Shown here: positions 37,602 to 46,333 of the stretch, piece by piece
How the letters are laid out: each line of letters opens with the position of its first letter
Position numbering within the stretch: the stretch's first letter is position 1
Source of the DNA: Parcubacteria group bacterium
Lineage (GTDB): Bacteria > Patescibacteriota > Minisyncoccia > Phycocordibacterales > Phycocordibacteraceae
DNA length: 64,000 bases
NCBI GenBank assembly: GCA_028286615.1
Contig: JAQBRG010000005.1
Span: 913 to 64,912, forward strand
Reading direction: 5' to 3'
Program-made: the position numbers and the translations under genes
The notes under the pieces: model-generated
The model's input: the letters and a program-made list of their open reading frames with translations, nothing else
What the model was told of the DNA's origin: nothing
Databases searched by the model: none

Positions 37602-38696
37602 TTAGGAGGCGTCAGCAGGCTCCTCGACCTTCTTGACGTAGGCGACGACCTCAGCAAGCCACTCGTTCATATTTCCGCGAGGCTTGAGATTGCATTCATT
37701 GAGCCATTTCTTGGCAGCTTCGCTCTTGAGCTCAGCTCTAAGAGCGTCATGATCAACCTCGACAGTGCCGGCCTCCACGTTGATGGTGAGCAGGCGGAAG
37801 TTTTGTCGACGACTCATCCACGCAGTGCGAACGAATCGTTCGAAGATAGATGGATTCTTAGGATTGAATTTTCCGTCCAGTACTTCAACCCGCAGAGGGA
37901 TTGCGTGGCCGAGACCATCCGTCATCAGCGACGGAGTGAGGTTGATTTCGAATCGGGTGGCAGATAGGGCTTCGCGGAACTTTCTGGCGTCCGCCTCAAC
38001 TCGAGCCGCTGCGGTTTTTGCGTCAGCGAGGTCAGAGCTCTTATTGGCGATGGTCCTTTCCCTATCGGCAAGTGAATTTTGAAGCTCAGCGTTCTGAGTT
38101 TTCAGTTCATCCGTTTCAAGTGATGTGCGGGCCGTGGCAGCTCTGGTAGGCTTGCGGTTGCGGGTAAAGACAACTAAGAGGAGTAGGGCGCCCAAAGCGG
38201 CGAGGATCAAGCTCTCGATGATTCTCCACAGATTTATAGTTGCGATCTTTTTATTCGCGTCCGCCAACTGAGTTTTCACGTTCGCGGGCTCTTTCTGTGC
38301 GAGGGCCAGTTTGGCCTTAGCGTCAGAAGCCTCTTTCTGCGCAGCAAGCAGCTGCGCCTTGAGCATCGATGTGGCAGCATCTTGCGCCACGATCTGGTTC
38401 GGCGTAGTGGCCGACGGGATATTGATGCCGGTCGCTTTCGTGGCGACGAGAATTTCGCGTTCGCAGGTGCCCCACACATGGTGAACCATGGGGGTGTTGC
38501 GGCCATTGATGATCAGTTCCGTACCGGCGACGAGATGCCGAGCACCCATTTCAGTCAGGTGGTTCTGGGCGAGCGTAGCGTTCTTGCAGACGTTGATTTC
38601 AGCGTTCGTGGGCTTCGCTTGCGCAACCGTGGCAACGCCAAGGCAGACGACAAGAACGGCCATGAAGGCCGCTATATGGTGTTGGAGCGATTTCAT
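37602..38696 (-). CDS. hypothetical bitopic membrane protein with signal peptide, Cys-containing ectodomain, coiled-coil and TM; high-GC
   Basis: 364 aa, GC well above surroundings; signal peptide MKSLQHHIAAFMAVLVVCLGVATVAQA, central Ala/Gln/Lys coiled-coil, TM (ILAALGALLLLVVF). Confidence 0.45.
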   Translation of the reverse strand: MKSLQHHIAAFMAVLVVCLGVATVAQAKPTNAEINVCKNATLAQNHLTEMGARHLVAGTELIINGRNTPMVHHVWGTCEREILVATKATGINIPSATTPNQIVAQDAATSMLKAQLLAAQKEASDAKAKLALAQKEPANVKTQLADANKKIATINLWRIIESLILAALGALLLLVVFTRNRKPTRAATARTSLETDELKTQNAELQNSLADRERTIANKSSDLADAKTAAARVEADARKFREALSATRFEINLTPSLMTDGLGHAIPLRVEVLDGKFNPKNPSIFERFVRTAWMSRRQNFRLLTINVEAGTVEVDHDALRAELKSEAAKKWLNECNLKPRGNMNEWLAEVVAYVKKVEEPADAS

Positions 38697-38771
38697 CGCA
38701 TCCTCCGTATTTCAACTAAAAAGGACTGTGTGTCCTGTGTCTTTTATGCCATAAATAGAGATAAAGAACAA

Positions 38772-38796
38772 CCCCGCAGCTAGTGCGGGGCTTTTC
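38772..38796. terminator. intrinsic terminator downstream of rpmA
   Basis: ccccgca gctag tgcgggg with flanking T/A runs. Confidence 0.5.
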
Positions 38797-38810
38797 TGTG
38801 GAATGCTTGT

Positions 38811-39092
38811 TTACGCAGGAAGGAGAACGTCTACAACCTTCTTGGTTACCACGCGGCCATCAAAATTGGTCTTGCGGCGGCTACGGAAGGCAACACGGCC
38901 CACAACCATGGAGTATAGGGTGTGGTCATGGCCAACCTTTACGTTCTTGCCGGCTTCGATTTTGGTACCGCGCTGGCGGACAATAACCATGCCTGGGCGA
39001 GCTGCCTGGCCATCAGCAAGCTTAATGCCGAGGTATTTCGGGTTCGAGTCATTGAGGTTTTTTGCTGAGCCTCCTGCTTTTGTGCTTGCCAT
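38811..39092 (-). CDS. rpmA: 50S ribosomal protein L27
   Basis: MASTKAGGSAKN...GIK...GQ....G.IIVRQRGTK bL27 signature. Confidence 0.9.
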   Translation of the reverse strand: MASTKAGGSAKNLNDSNPKYLGIKLADGQAARPGMVIVRQRGTKIEAGKNVKVGHDHTLYSMVVGRVAFRSRRKTNFDGRVVTKKVVDVLLPA

Positions 39093-39120
39093 ATCAGTAA
39101 ATGCTATTCTTTAGGTAGTT

Positions 39121-39543
39121 ATGAGCATACCAGACCTAGTAGGGCAAGGCAAGGCGCAGTTAAGCCGTATTCCGGCTAATGTCTTTATCGTCTCTATTCT
39201 GGTACTTTCGGCCTCCGCTTCCTTTGGTCTAGGCTTTCTAGCCGGGCAAGACCAGGCTCAGGCAGGGAAGAGTGGGGTATGGGTAGAAGACCTGTTTGCA
39301 GGGCAACAAGTTCAGGCTGTGAGCGAGGCTGCAGTGGCTTCAGCTCCTAAGCCTGCTCTTACAGCGACACCCACCCCAACAGGCACGGGAGCCTACGTAG
39401 CGTCCAAGAGTGGGGAGAAGTACTACCTAACAACCTGTAGCGGCGTGAGTCGTATCAAGGAAGAGAACAAGGTCTATTTCAATACCAAAGCCGAAGCAGA
39501 GGCTAAAGGATATGAGCCAGCAGCAAATTGCCCTGGGTTATAG
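39121..39543 (+). CDS. hypothetical membrane-anchored protein with C-terminal Cys-containing KYY..C.....I...N.V.F....EA.A.GY.P...C motif
   Basis: TM anchor (VFIVSILVLSASASF), Ala/Pro/Thr linker, conserved-looking C-terminal mini-domain. Confidence 0.4.
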   Translation: MSIPDLVGQGKAQLSRIPANVFIVSILVLSASASFGLGFLAGQDQAQAGKSGVWVEDLFAGQQVQAVSEAAVASAPKPALTATPTPTGTGAYVASKSGEKYYLTTCSGVSRIKEENKVYFNTKAEAEAKGYEPAANCPGL

Positions 39544-39557
39544 CGTAGAATAGAGAC

Positions 39558-40154
39558 ATGATTGTTCTTGATGTTGAATCCACTGGCCTTGTTGCTGAAA
39601 GACACTCTATCCTTTCCTTAGGCGCACTTGATCTCGATGATCCAACAAACCAGTTCTATGACGAGTGTCGCGTATGGGATGGTGCTGAGATAGAAGACGA
39701 AGCACTCGCTATAAACGGATTCAGCAGGGAAGAGGCAACAGACTCTTCAAGAAAGTCTGAAGCTGATCTTATACAAGCATTCGTGGCGTGGGCAACAGAT
39801 CGTCCGCAGGAACATACGCTCTCAGCACAGAATCCTTCTATGGATTTAGAATTCGTGCAGGCAGCATGTAAGAGGGCAGGGATAGAGTGTCCTTTCGCGA
39901 AACGCACTATAGATATACATACTGTTGTATGGCTTCACATGCGCATGAATGGAGTTGAGCCTCCAACAAACAAGAAGCGTTCTGCGATAAATCTAGACTA
40001 CGCACTCAAGTACGTTGGTCTTCCTGAAGAGCCAAAACCACATAACGCACTCACTGGTGCCTATTCACATGCAGAAGTGCTCTCGCGCATAGCGTATAAT
40101 CAGAAATTATTGCCTGACTACGAGTCATACGACATACCATGGGAGACGAACTAA
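39558..40154 (+). CDS. DEDDh 3'-5' exonuclease (DnaQ/epsilon-like)
   Basis: MIVLDVESTGL (Exo I), FVAWAT/AQNPSMDLEF (Exo II), H-containing Exo III region. Confidence 0.7.
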   Translation: MIVLDVESTGLVAERHSILSLGALDLDDPTNQFYDECRVWDGAEIEDEALAINGFSREEATDSSRKSEADLIQAFVAWATDRPQEHTLSAQNPSMDLEFVQAACKRAGIECPFAKRTIDIHTVVWLHMRMNGVEPPTNKKRSAINLDYALKYVGLPEEPKPHNALTGAYSHAEVLSRIAYNQKLLPDYESYDIPWETN

Positions 40155-40951
40155 AAATTTCAACAGAGCCAGACGGAGAACTTGATGTTCCCGGTCTCCC
40201 TGCTGCAATAGGGGAGGGGGAGAACAAAGAGCGTAGCCAGCGTCTTGGTTCAGTACTCGCCGAAGCAATTCAGCACGGCAAGGATAAGGTTCCTGCAGTC
40301 CCAGCGCCTCTCGTCTGTAAACCGCAACAGCTTGAAAGTTGGCGCGTGTTTAAGATCATGGCTGAGTTCGTAGACGGCTTCGATCTTCTTAAGAAATATG
40401 GACTATCAGCAACCTTCTTTGGAAGCGTTCGTACGCAGCCTGAAGATCCATATTACAAAGCAGCCGTTGCGCTCGCAGGGAAGCTCGCTAAGAGCGGCTA
40501 CGCAATTATTTCAGGTGGAAGTGCCGGTATTATGGAAGCCGCCAACAGAGGCGCTCACGAGGCAGGAGGAGCTTCTGTAGGGCTTAATATCCGTCTTTCT
40601 GACAACCAGACTTTCAACAAGTACCTTACGGACTCCATGGTCTTTGACCACTTCTTCGTGCGTAAGGTTATGCTCGCATTCGCTTCAGAAGTGTATGTAT
40701 ACTTCCCAGGAGGCTTTGGTACGCTGGACGAACTAACCGAGATCCTTACACTTGTGCAAACCAAGAAGATTAAGCCTGTTCCAATTGTGCTGTACGGCAA
40801 AGAGTTCTGGACACCTATTGTTGACCTCTTTAAGAACGAACTGTTTGCGAAGTATCACAACATTGATAAAGCAGATCTCAATTTGTTCGTGCTTCTCGAT
40901 TCTGTAGACGAAGCGTATGACTACATTATTAAGAACGTAACGAGCTGCTAA
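40139..40951 (+). CDS. LOG family protein (TIGR00730; cytokinin riboside 5'-monophosphate phosphoribohydrolase-like)
   Basis: GGSAGIMEAANRGA and PGGFGTLDEL motifs; N-terminal extension present, so the start is uncertain. Confidence 0.75.
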   Translation: MGDELKISTEPDGELDVPGLPAAIGEGENKERSQRLGSVLAEAIQHGKDKVPAVPAPLVCKPQQLESWRVFKIMAEFVDGFDLLKKYGLSATFFGSVRTQPEDPYYKAAVALAGKLAKSGYAIISGGSAGIMEAANRGAHEAGGASVGLNIRLSDNQTFNKYLTDSMVFDHFFVRKVMLAFASEVYVYFPGGFGTLDELTEILTLVQTKKIKPVPIVLYGKEFWTPIVDLFKNELFAKYHNIDKADLNLFVLLDSVDEAYDYIIKNVTSC

Positions 40952-41106
40952 GACGTATGGCCTCCTCAAAGAAAAAGGTACAGAAGCGGGCTCCTCAAGT
41001 ATTCAATACTAAAGGGATTAACAGCTTCTCAAATAAAGGAGTGCAGAAGCCGGTTAGAGCTTCGTACTTCGGAAAGAAGGCTCGATAATGATTTTTTTAC
41101 AGAAAA

Positions 41107-41144
41107 CCGGTCTGAACAAACATGTTCAGACCGGCTAGTTTTTA
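41107..41144. terminator. strong bidirectional terminator at the 3' end of the RT gene
   Basis: ccggtctgaac aaacat gttcagaccgg 11-bp perfect stem with T/A runs on both sides. Confidence 0.6.
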
Positions 41145-42352
41145 GGTATTTCAATATCGTAATCGCGTGCAAGTTTTAATACCGCTTGGCGAAACGATAC
41201 TCTCTCAGCGAATTGTACAAAGTCGATTACGTCCCCGTGTCTGCCGCTTGAAAAGCAATGCCAGAAACTCTTCTCCGGAACCACGAAGAACGAAGGGGTC
41301 TTCTCTTTTGTGAACGGGCTGAGGCATACGTACTCTCTGCCTCTCTGCGTGAGAGAACAATAAGAAGCTATTACCGCTACGAGTGGCGCATACTTACGCA
41401 CGCCATCGACGAACTCAATGCTTAAACGATTAGATTCGCGAGCCCATCGTTTGGGCAGCAAGCCCTCATCTTGAAGCTTGAAAATCCGTAGGGCGCATTC
41501 GTGCAAAAGCACCTTGAAGTTAGGTGAGACTTTTGTTCGACTGCTGCGAGTTCTTCCAATCGATCGAACGTGACTAACCAAACCGAGAAACGAATGTGCT
41601 TCTTCCGGTGTGGTTATGGCTCCTGCGAGCAGTGTTGCCAACTTCTGGCTTTGTTCGACAGTTGGACCCATGTATCCTTTCGGAGTCAGAACCACACCCG
41701 TTATTGTGATTGAAGACTTGCATCTATCTTTCACGAATGATTTTCGACGGTTAATTGAAAAACCTGCAGCTGACACCACGTCCCGGATTCGTTTTCGCAA
41801 AATATGCGGAATGGGATCCATCGAAGAAATGGTCAGATCGTCGAGATACCGGGTGTATACCGTCCGCGGCATGTCGATAAGATTACGTATACGAGAATCA
41901 ATCTCATGCGCGCAGTACAGATCGAACAGGGCAGGGGAGCAGGGTGCACCAACTGCCAAGCCGCCATCCTTGGAAGCACAGTGTGTTTTCAAGAATTTTA
42001 GCGTAGAAGCAGGATGGGTAAGCCGAGTATCGAGTGCATGCAATGCGTGTACCAGTTTGGTAAGAGACACGTTTGCATACGCTTCTCTAACATCAAGCTG
42101 GTAGAAATATCGGTTCTCAATATGCCACGCTGCGTTGTCTTTTCCTGAGCGTCCACTTAAGGCACCGAACGAAGAAAACAGTACAAAGTTGATATCAGGT
42201 ATGTCCTGTAGATAACCAAGCAGTCTCGTGTGCACTCTGCGCATTGCAACATTTGGATGCGCGATAAGTCGCTTCTTGCCCTTCGGGTATTGAATACTCC
42301 AGTCAAAGAGCGGAACACCAGAAGAGGTGTCCGCGAGCTCGGAGAGCTGCAT
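41135..42352 (-). CDS. reverse transcriptase (retron-type, NAxxH motif) fused to a C-terminal DnaG-primase-type zf-CHC2 zinc finger
   Basis: RT motifs: FYQLDVREAY (A), GAPCSPALFDLY (B'), YTRYLDDLTI (C, YxDD), NAAWH (retron NAxxH), ITITG. C-terminus CLSPFTKEKTPSFFVVPEKSFWHCFSSGRHGDVIDFV matches the zf-CHC2 of DnaG. Strong AGGAGG RBS 8 nt upstream. Confidence 0.8.
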   Translation of the reverse strand: MQLSELADTSSGVPLFDWSIQYPKGKKRLIAHPNVAMRRVHTRLLGYLQDIPDINFVLFSSFGALSGRSGKDNAAWHIENRYFYQLDVREAYANVSLTKLVHALHALDTRLTHPASTLKFLKTHCASKDGGLAVGAPCSPALFDLYCAHEIDSRIRNLIDMPRTVYTRYLDDLTISSMDPIPHILRKRIRDVVSAAGFSINRRKSFVKDRCKSSITITGVVLTPKGYMGPTVEQSQKLATLLAGAITTPEEAHSFLGLVSHVRSIGRTRSSRTKVSPNFKVLLHECALRIFKLQDEGLLPKRWARESNRLSIEFVDGVRKYAPLVAVIASYCSLTQRGREYVCLSPFTKEKTPSFFVVPEKSFWHCFSSGRHGDVIDFVQFAERVSFRQAVLKLARDYDIEIPKN

Positions 42353-42403
42353 TGGATCCTCCTAAGTGTTAAGCCGTGTTCATCCTGAGCGCCTGAATGA
42401 GCA

Positions 42404-42440
42404 AAGTCAAATAAATAAAACCGACCCTGAATACTGGGTC
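42404..42440 (-). terminator. intrinsic terminator/attenuator-like hairpin immediately upstream of the RT ORF (minus orientation)
   Basis: Minus strand: cgaccc agtattca gggtcg followed by GTTTTATTTATTTG. Confidence 0.45.
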
Positions 42441-42451
42441 GGGTGATCTTT

Positions 42452-42620
42452 GCCTACAACGGGGGCCTGGAGAACCCTAGAAAACCGTTGTAGGCCGCCG
42501 GAGGCGACGCCGGACGTGTGCAGGCAGTGCCGTAGACCGGTGCGGATGTGAGCCTGAATCTCTTCCCGTGCTGGTCTAGAGAAGCATCAGGCGCGGTGAC
42601 GGGTCAAGCCCCATCGTTTA
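42452..42620 (-). ncRNA. candidate structured non-coding RNA upstream of the RT (possible retron msr/msd-like or other RT-associated ncRNA)
   Basis: GC-rich block in an AT-rich, ORF-free 700-nt region. 10-bp perfect inverted repeat CCTACAACGG/CCGTTGTAGG at 42452..42493, then CCGG-rich nested palindromes. Strand assumed to match the RT. Confidence 0.25.
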
Positions 42621-43055
42621 CATATTGGTCTTGAGTATATGTAGTTCAAGTCCTAGGCAATCCATAGGTGCTGATCTAAATATATAAGAAAGAACAGCTG
42701 TTCTCCAGGCAACGCCGCGTACCAGATGGTTTCAGCGTCAAAACTACTTTAGCAGAGCAGGGGAGTTACGTCTAAAAGGCACCTTACTATTCTCCTATTT
42801 ACCACTTCCCCAGTGTTCTTTTTGGCTTTTCGGGGAAGTGGTCACTTTTGCATAGATTGGTACGTACATAAATAAATACAGATAGGATTTCTTCTCACAG
42901 ATTTTTTCTAGACCTGTAGAGAGGGAAGAGAAGTACCAAATAGGAACTAAGCCTTAGGTGGTATTTAGCCCTTCCAGCTTATATACGTACACTTCGTACA
43001 ATATATCTTTGACGTAGTGTAACTGTTTGAGCCTATATAGTTACTTGCTCATCGA

Positions 43056-43736
43056 CTATGCAAATGTAAGCGCTTCTCTATTGTCACAAAACCTTCGGAA
43101 AGCATCCCAGGACATTAGTGACTGGTTCCCTGCCAGCTTCTTATCTTTTGTTTGAATAAACAAGTCAAGAATATCTTGAGTAAGATCAGGGTTCATTTGT
43201 AAGAATATTACGGGATAAGGTTGGTCTCTTGTGCACTCATATTTAAGAAGTTTACTATTTATGCAACCAACCAGGCTTCGTTTGTCTGAGGCGAAGAATG
43301 CATCAACACAGAAATTACCATTCTGATCATATATAAAGAAGTCAGCTCTACTACGAGTCTCTTCGCTAAAGAGATACTCTCGATGAACTAACTCCTTATG
43401 AAAACGCTTGCAGAGGTATGTATATACGTCGCTCTCATTCTTGTGAGCCCTTTTACCGATGGTTAGGGCACGGTCAGAGCTATGAGCTCCAGACCTATAA
43501 TCATCCTGACCACCAATACCAAGTTGCCGTCTTAGAGAAACAACGCCTCCAAAGCTATATTCAATTGCTCTTGAACTGGGCAAGTAAGGATAAGCATCTA
43601 TTTCGGGTGTCGTAGGATAGTGATTGTTTTCGAGGAAAAATTGTTCAAATCCAGCCTGAATTTCTTCAAGCTGCCATGGAGTCCTGTTCCCTTTTTGTAT
43701 TCGTAGTGGCATATCACTTATCAGTATTTCATACAA
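43056..43736 (-). CDS. hypothetical protein, co-oriented with and upstream of the RT locus (candidate partner/effector)
   Basis: 226-aa AT-rich ORF without recognisable domains, separated from the RT by the non-coding block. Confidence 0.4.
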   Translation of the reverse strand: MYEILISDMPLRIQKGNRTPWQLEEIQAGFEQFFLENNHYPTTPEIDAYPYLPSSRAIEYSFGGVVSLRRQLGIGGQDDYRSGAHSSDRALTIGKRAHKNESDVYTYLCKRFHKELVHREYLFSEETRSRADFFIYDQNGNFCVDAFFASDKRSLVGCINSKLLKYECTRDQPYPVIFLQMNPDLTQDILDLFIQTKDKKLAGNQSLMSWDAFRRFCDNREALTFA

Positions 43737-43821
43737 AGATATGAAAGTTATGAACTCGCCTGCTCGAGTATCCGAGATTAAATACGGCCCACTCTATGAA
43801 TATTTTAGGTAGGGGACTTCC

Positions 43822-44322
43822 CTATTTAACTACTAGGGTAACAGTAATCTCCTTTATAAACTGAGCACACATTTCGTCAGGATTGCATATTGGTCTGCCT
43901 GTAGCGTGAAGTGTAGTCGTTCCTACGGTACTTGCTGTATATACTCCTTGCTCTCCACGAATGGTAGAAATGTTTGTAACGCGAGTAACAATGCCTGTTG
44001 GATCGAAAGAAAGCTCCCATTGAAGAGAATCGCCCATGGCTATACCAAAGCGCTGGCCATGTTTAAGAACGACTGTCGTGTTGTCATCAGCCTGAGTAAC
44101 CATGTTCACCTCGGTCGTTGCAGGAGTCTCAGGGGGCGTGGTTACCGTTGTAACAGTGGTTGTGGTTGTAGTGCTCGCCAACTCTGTTGCAGGTGTAGAG
44201 GAAGCTGTAGAAACCTCTGGCGTTGCTGGAGGAGTATTAACGCTAAGCATAAAATACCCGGCAATACCGATAAGGATAATGACGCTAACAAGGCCGAGGA
44301 TGATGACATGCTTTTGGTTCAT
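43822..44322 (-). CDS. membrane-anchored Thr-rich secreted protein (possible protease-inhibitor I42/chagasin-like C-domain)
   Basis: N-terminal TM anchor, TTTTTTVTTVTTPPETPATT linker, beta-rich C-domain. Confidence 0.4.
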   Translation of the reverse strand: MNQKHVIILGLVSVIILIGIAGYFMLSVNTPPATPEVSTASSTPATELASTTTTTTVTTVTTPPETPATTEVNMVTQADDNTTVVLKHGQRFGIAMGDSLQWELSFDPTGIVTRVTNISTIRGEQGVYTASTVGTTTLHATGRPICNPDEMCAQFIKEITVTLVVK

Positions 44323-44372
44323 GGGATGGTACTTAAAGTGTATGACGTTAAAGATACTACTTTCTTACCTCT

Positions 44373-45293
44373 CTACATTGAACGAAGAAAGCGGCTAATA
44401 CGATCTGAGAAAGAAATCATTAAAGTCCCAAGATATTTTTTAAAGGTAGGCTTCGTGAGACCGGCAGTGTTTTGTGTTGCGTCTGGGTGGTACGCAATAA
44501 GGATCTCAGCTGTGGTAGCAACACGTAGTTCAATCGGCACTGACGTTGTTGAGATAACAAAAGGGATTGAGGCAGTAACGGTTGAGGTTGCGAGAGTGCT
44601 TGTGGCCGTTGAGTCTGTTAGAGACCGTACAATCTCTTTAATATCTTTTCCAACAGGAGTCTCACTAATAGGAGTTGGTTTAAGTACCTGTGGAGGGGTG
44701 GAGATTGAAACGTTTGGCGTAACTAGTTTAATAATAGGAACAACAGGCTCTGTGGTCTTTGGCTTTGCAGGCGGCAGTACCGCAGGAGGCGTAGCGAACA
44801 TCTGTACAACAAAGAGTGCGTCCTGGCCTTTGTAGGTACCTTTGGCAACTCCAACTCCCATGTACTTAAACCCACCATCAAGAATGTTATGCCTGTGTGC
44901 AGGGGAGCCCATCCATGCAGACACAACATCTTCAGAGTCCAAGATGTTAACGGTTAGATTCTCTCCCATGTAGTTGTACTTGTACCCGACAACATCTAGC
45001 CAGTGCATAGGCGTTACGCCCTCAGGAGAGACGTGTGCGTAATAGCTATTCTTTGCCATGTCTTCAGCCTTAAGCTGCGCAGCTCGACTAACGAACACAT
45101 CCTCGGAAAGGGTAGGCACACTTTCCTTCTCTCGCTCTGAGTTTGTTAGGGAGAAGACCTTGCTGGCTTGGACTGACGCAACCGTTCTGTCAGCAAGAGG
45201 CTTCTCAATCAGATCTTTAGAAGTGTGTAGAGCTACGGAGAATACAACAATACAGGAGAAGACGAGAAGCACGTCCCGAACATGTTTGTTCAT
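44373..45293 (-). CDS. CAP (SCP/PR-1, YkwD-like) domain secreted protein with Pro/Thr-rich C-terminal tail
   Basis: KNSYYAHVSPEG...GENL......VVSAWMGSPAHRHNIL....YMGVGVA CAP signature; signal-anchor MNKHVRDVLLVF. Confidence 0.65.
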   Translation of the reverse strand: MNKHVRDVLLVFSCIVVFSVALHTSKDLIEKPLADRTVASVQASKVFSLTNSEREKESVPTLSEDVFVSRAAQLKAEDMAKNSYYAHVSPEGVTPMHWLDVVGYKYNYMGENLTVNILDSEDVVSAWMGSPAHRHNILDGGFKYMGVGVAKGTYKGQDALFVVQMFATPPAVLPPAKPKTTEPVVPIIKLVTPNVSISTPPQVLKPTPISETPVGKDIKEIVRSLTDSTATSTLATSTVTASIPFVISTTSVPIELRVATTAEILIAYHPDATQNTAGLTKPTFKKYLGTLMISFSDRISRFLRSM

Positions 45294-45350
45294 TATGATA
45301 GTTATAAAACAAAACTTAAAAGTTAGCAACCAGGGTTAAGGCCAGAATGG

Positions 45351-46322
45351 TTACGTATTCTTTACACTATATTCAATAAATCCTACATGAGTTGCTTCTG
45401 GCTCAAGAGTCAGAAGGCCGTTTGCGCCAGGGTCATTAGCGTTTACTGCATCAGTGCTGCAAGTCTGAGGCTCAATCTCAATCGTTCGGTCTTTGCCTAG
45501 GGTGTGCAAAACAATAAACTTACAATCCGCTGATGCGCGTATGCTAACTTCTAGATTTTCGGTTGGATATGAAATAACTGCCGGTTCGTCTGGTATCAAA
45601 TCAGTAAATACATGATCTAGCCTAAGTGCCGCGTTTACGGGTACCGGCTTCCGTAAATCAAACTGTCTAAACATAACTAAATCTAGATCAAGTAGTTCGT
45701 TAGTAGGAAGCAGGTCCTTATCCATACGCATAACTTGATTGGCAGGGAGCGTGAGCATAGTCTCGTCTCCTGAAAGACGCTTAAAAGAAGGATGAAGTGC
45801 GAAGCCAAATGGCATACGCTTGTCACTTGTGTTAGTTACTAAATATTCAATACGGAGTCCTAATTCTGAAAGTCGATACGTCAAGGTTAATTTTGAGGGT
45901 ACTGGAAACACGTCAAAGTATTCCTGTGAAGAATCCCAGTGCATGCTGGTTGTTACAAGCGCTGTGTCCCCTTCTACTGTAGGTACGCCATCAATATTCC
46001 ATTCCGCGTCATGGGCTAAGCCATGAATAAGCGCATTATCATCTACTCGTTTTGGATAATTCTCCAAAGAGTAGGAAGTATTCTCAAAAGTAAACTTCCT
46101 ATCACGTATGCGATTAGGAAAAGGATACAGAACAAAGCAGCCTGTATAAGCATGTTCTAACAATGCTTCCCTGTTTGTATGTATAAGTTCCCTCTCGTCT
46201 GTCTTGAGTGAGATAAGATTGCTTCCACAATCTACAGCTATTTCCGCAGAAAGAGCCCCGCTCTTAAGAGACGCTATGGTCCCTAATTTCTCATCTTGAT
46301 ACGTTGTCGCAAGAGGAGCCAT
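45351..46322 (-). CDS. aldose 1-epimerase (galactose mutarotase-like) family protein
   Basis: YPFPNRIRDRKFTFENTSYSLENY matches the aldose-epimerase NRI..G.F...G..Y.L..N motif; 323 aa. Confidence 0.7.
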   Translation of the reverse strand: MAPLATTYQDEKLGTIASLKSGALSAEIAVDCGSNLISLKTDERELIHTNREALLEHAYTGCFVLYPFPNRIRDRKFTFENTSYSLENYPKRVDDNALIHGLAHDAEWNIDGVPTVEGDTALVTTSMHWDSSQEYFDVFPVPSKLTLTYRLSELGLRIEYLVTNTSDKRMPFGFALHPSFKRLSGDETMLTLPANQVMRMDKDLLPTNELLDLDLVMFRQFDLRKPVPVNAALRLDHVFTDLIPDEPAVISYPTENLEVSIRASADCKFIVLHTLGKDRTIEIEPQTCSTDAVNANDPGANGLLTLEPEATHVGFIEYSVKNT

Positions 46323-46333
46323 ATCCCTAGCGT

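Noticed and set aside
42452-42620. GC-rich block as RNase P RNA, SRP RNA or tmRNA
   Set aside because: No match to the conserved P4/CR-I (GGAAAGUCCGG), SRP domain IV (GGAAGCAGCC) or tmRNA tag-reading-frame signatures on either strand.
41135-43055. RT as a group II intron-encoded protein
   Set aside because: No maturase (X) or endonuclease domain. The C-terminus is a primase-type zinc finger. No domain V/5'-GUGYG intron signatures. Retron-type NAxxH is present instead.
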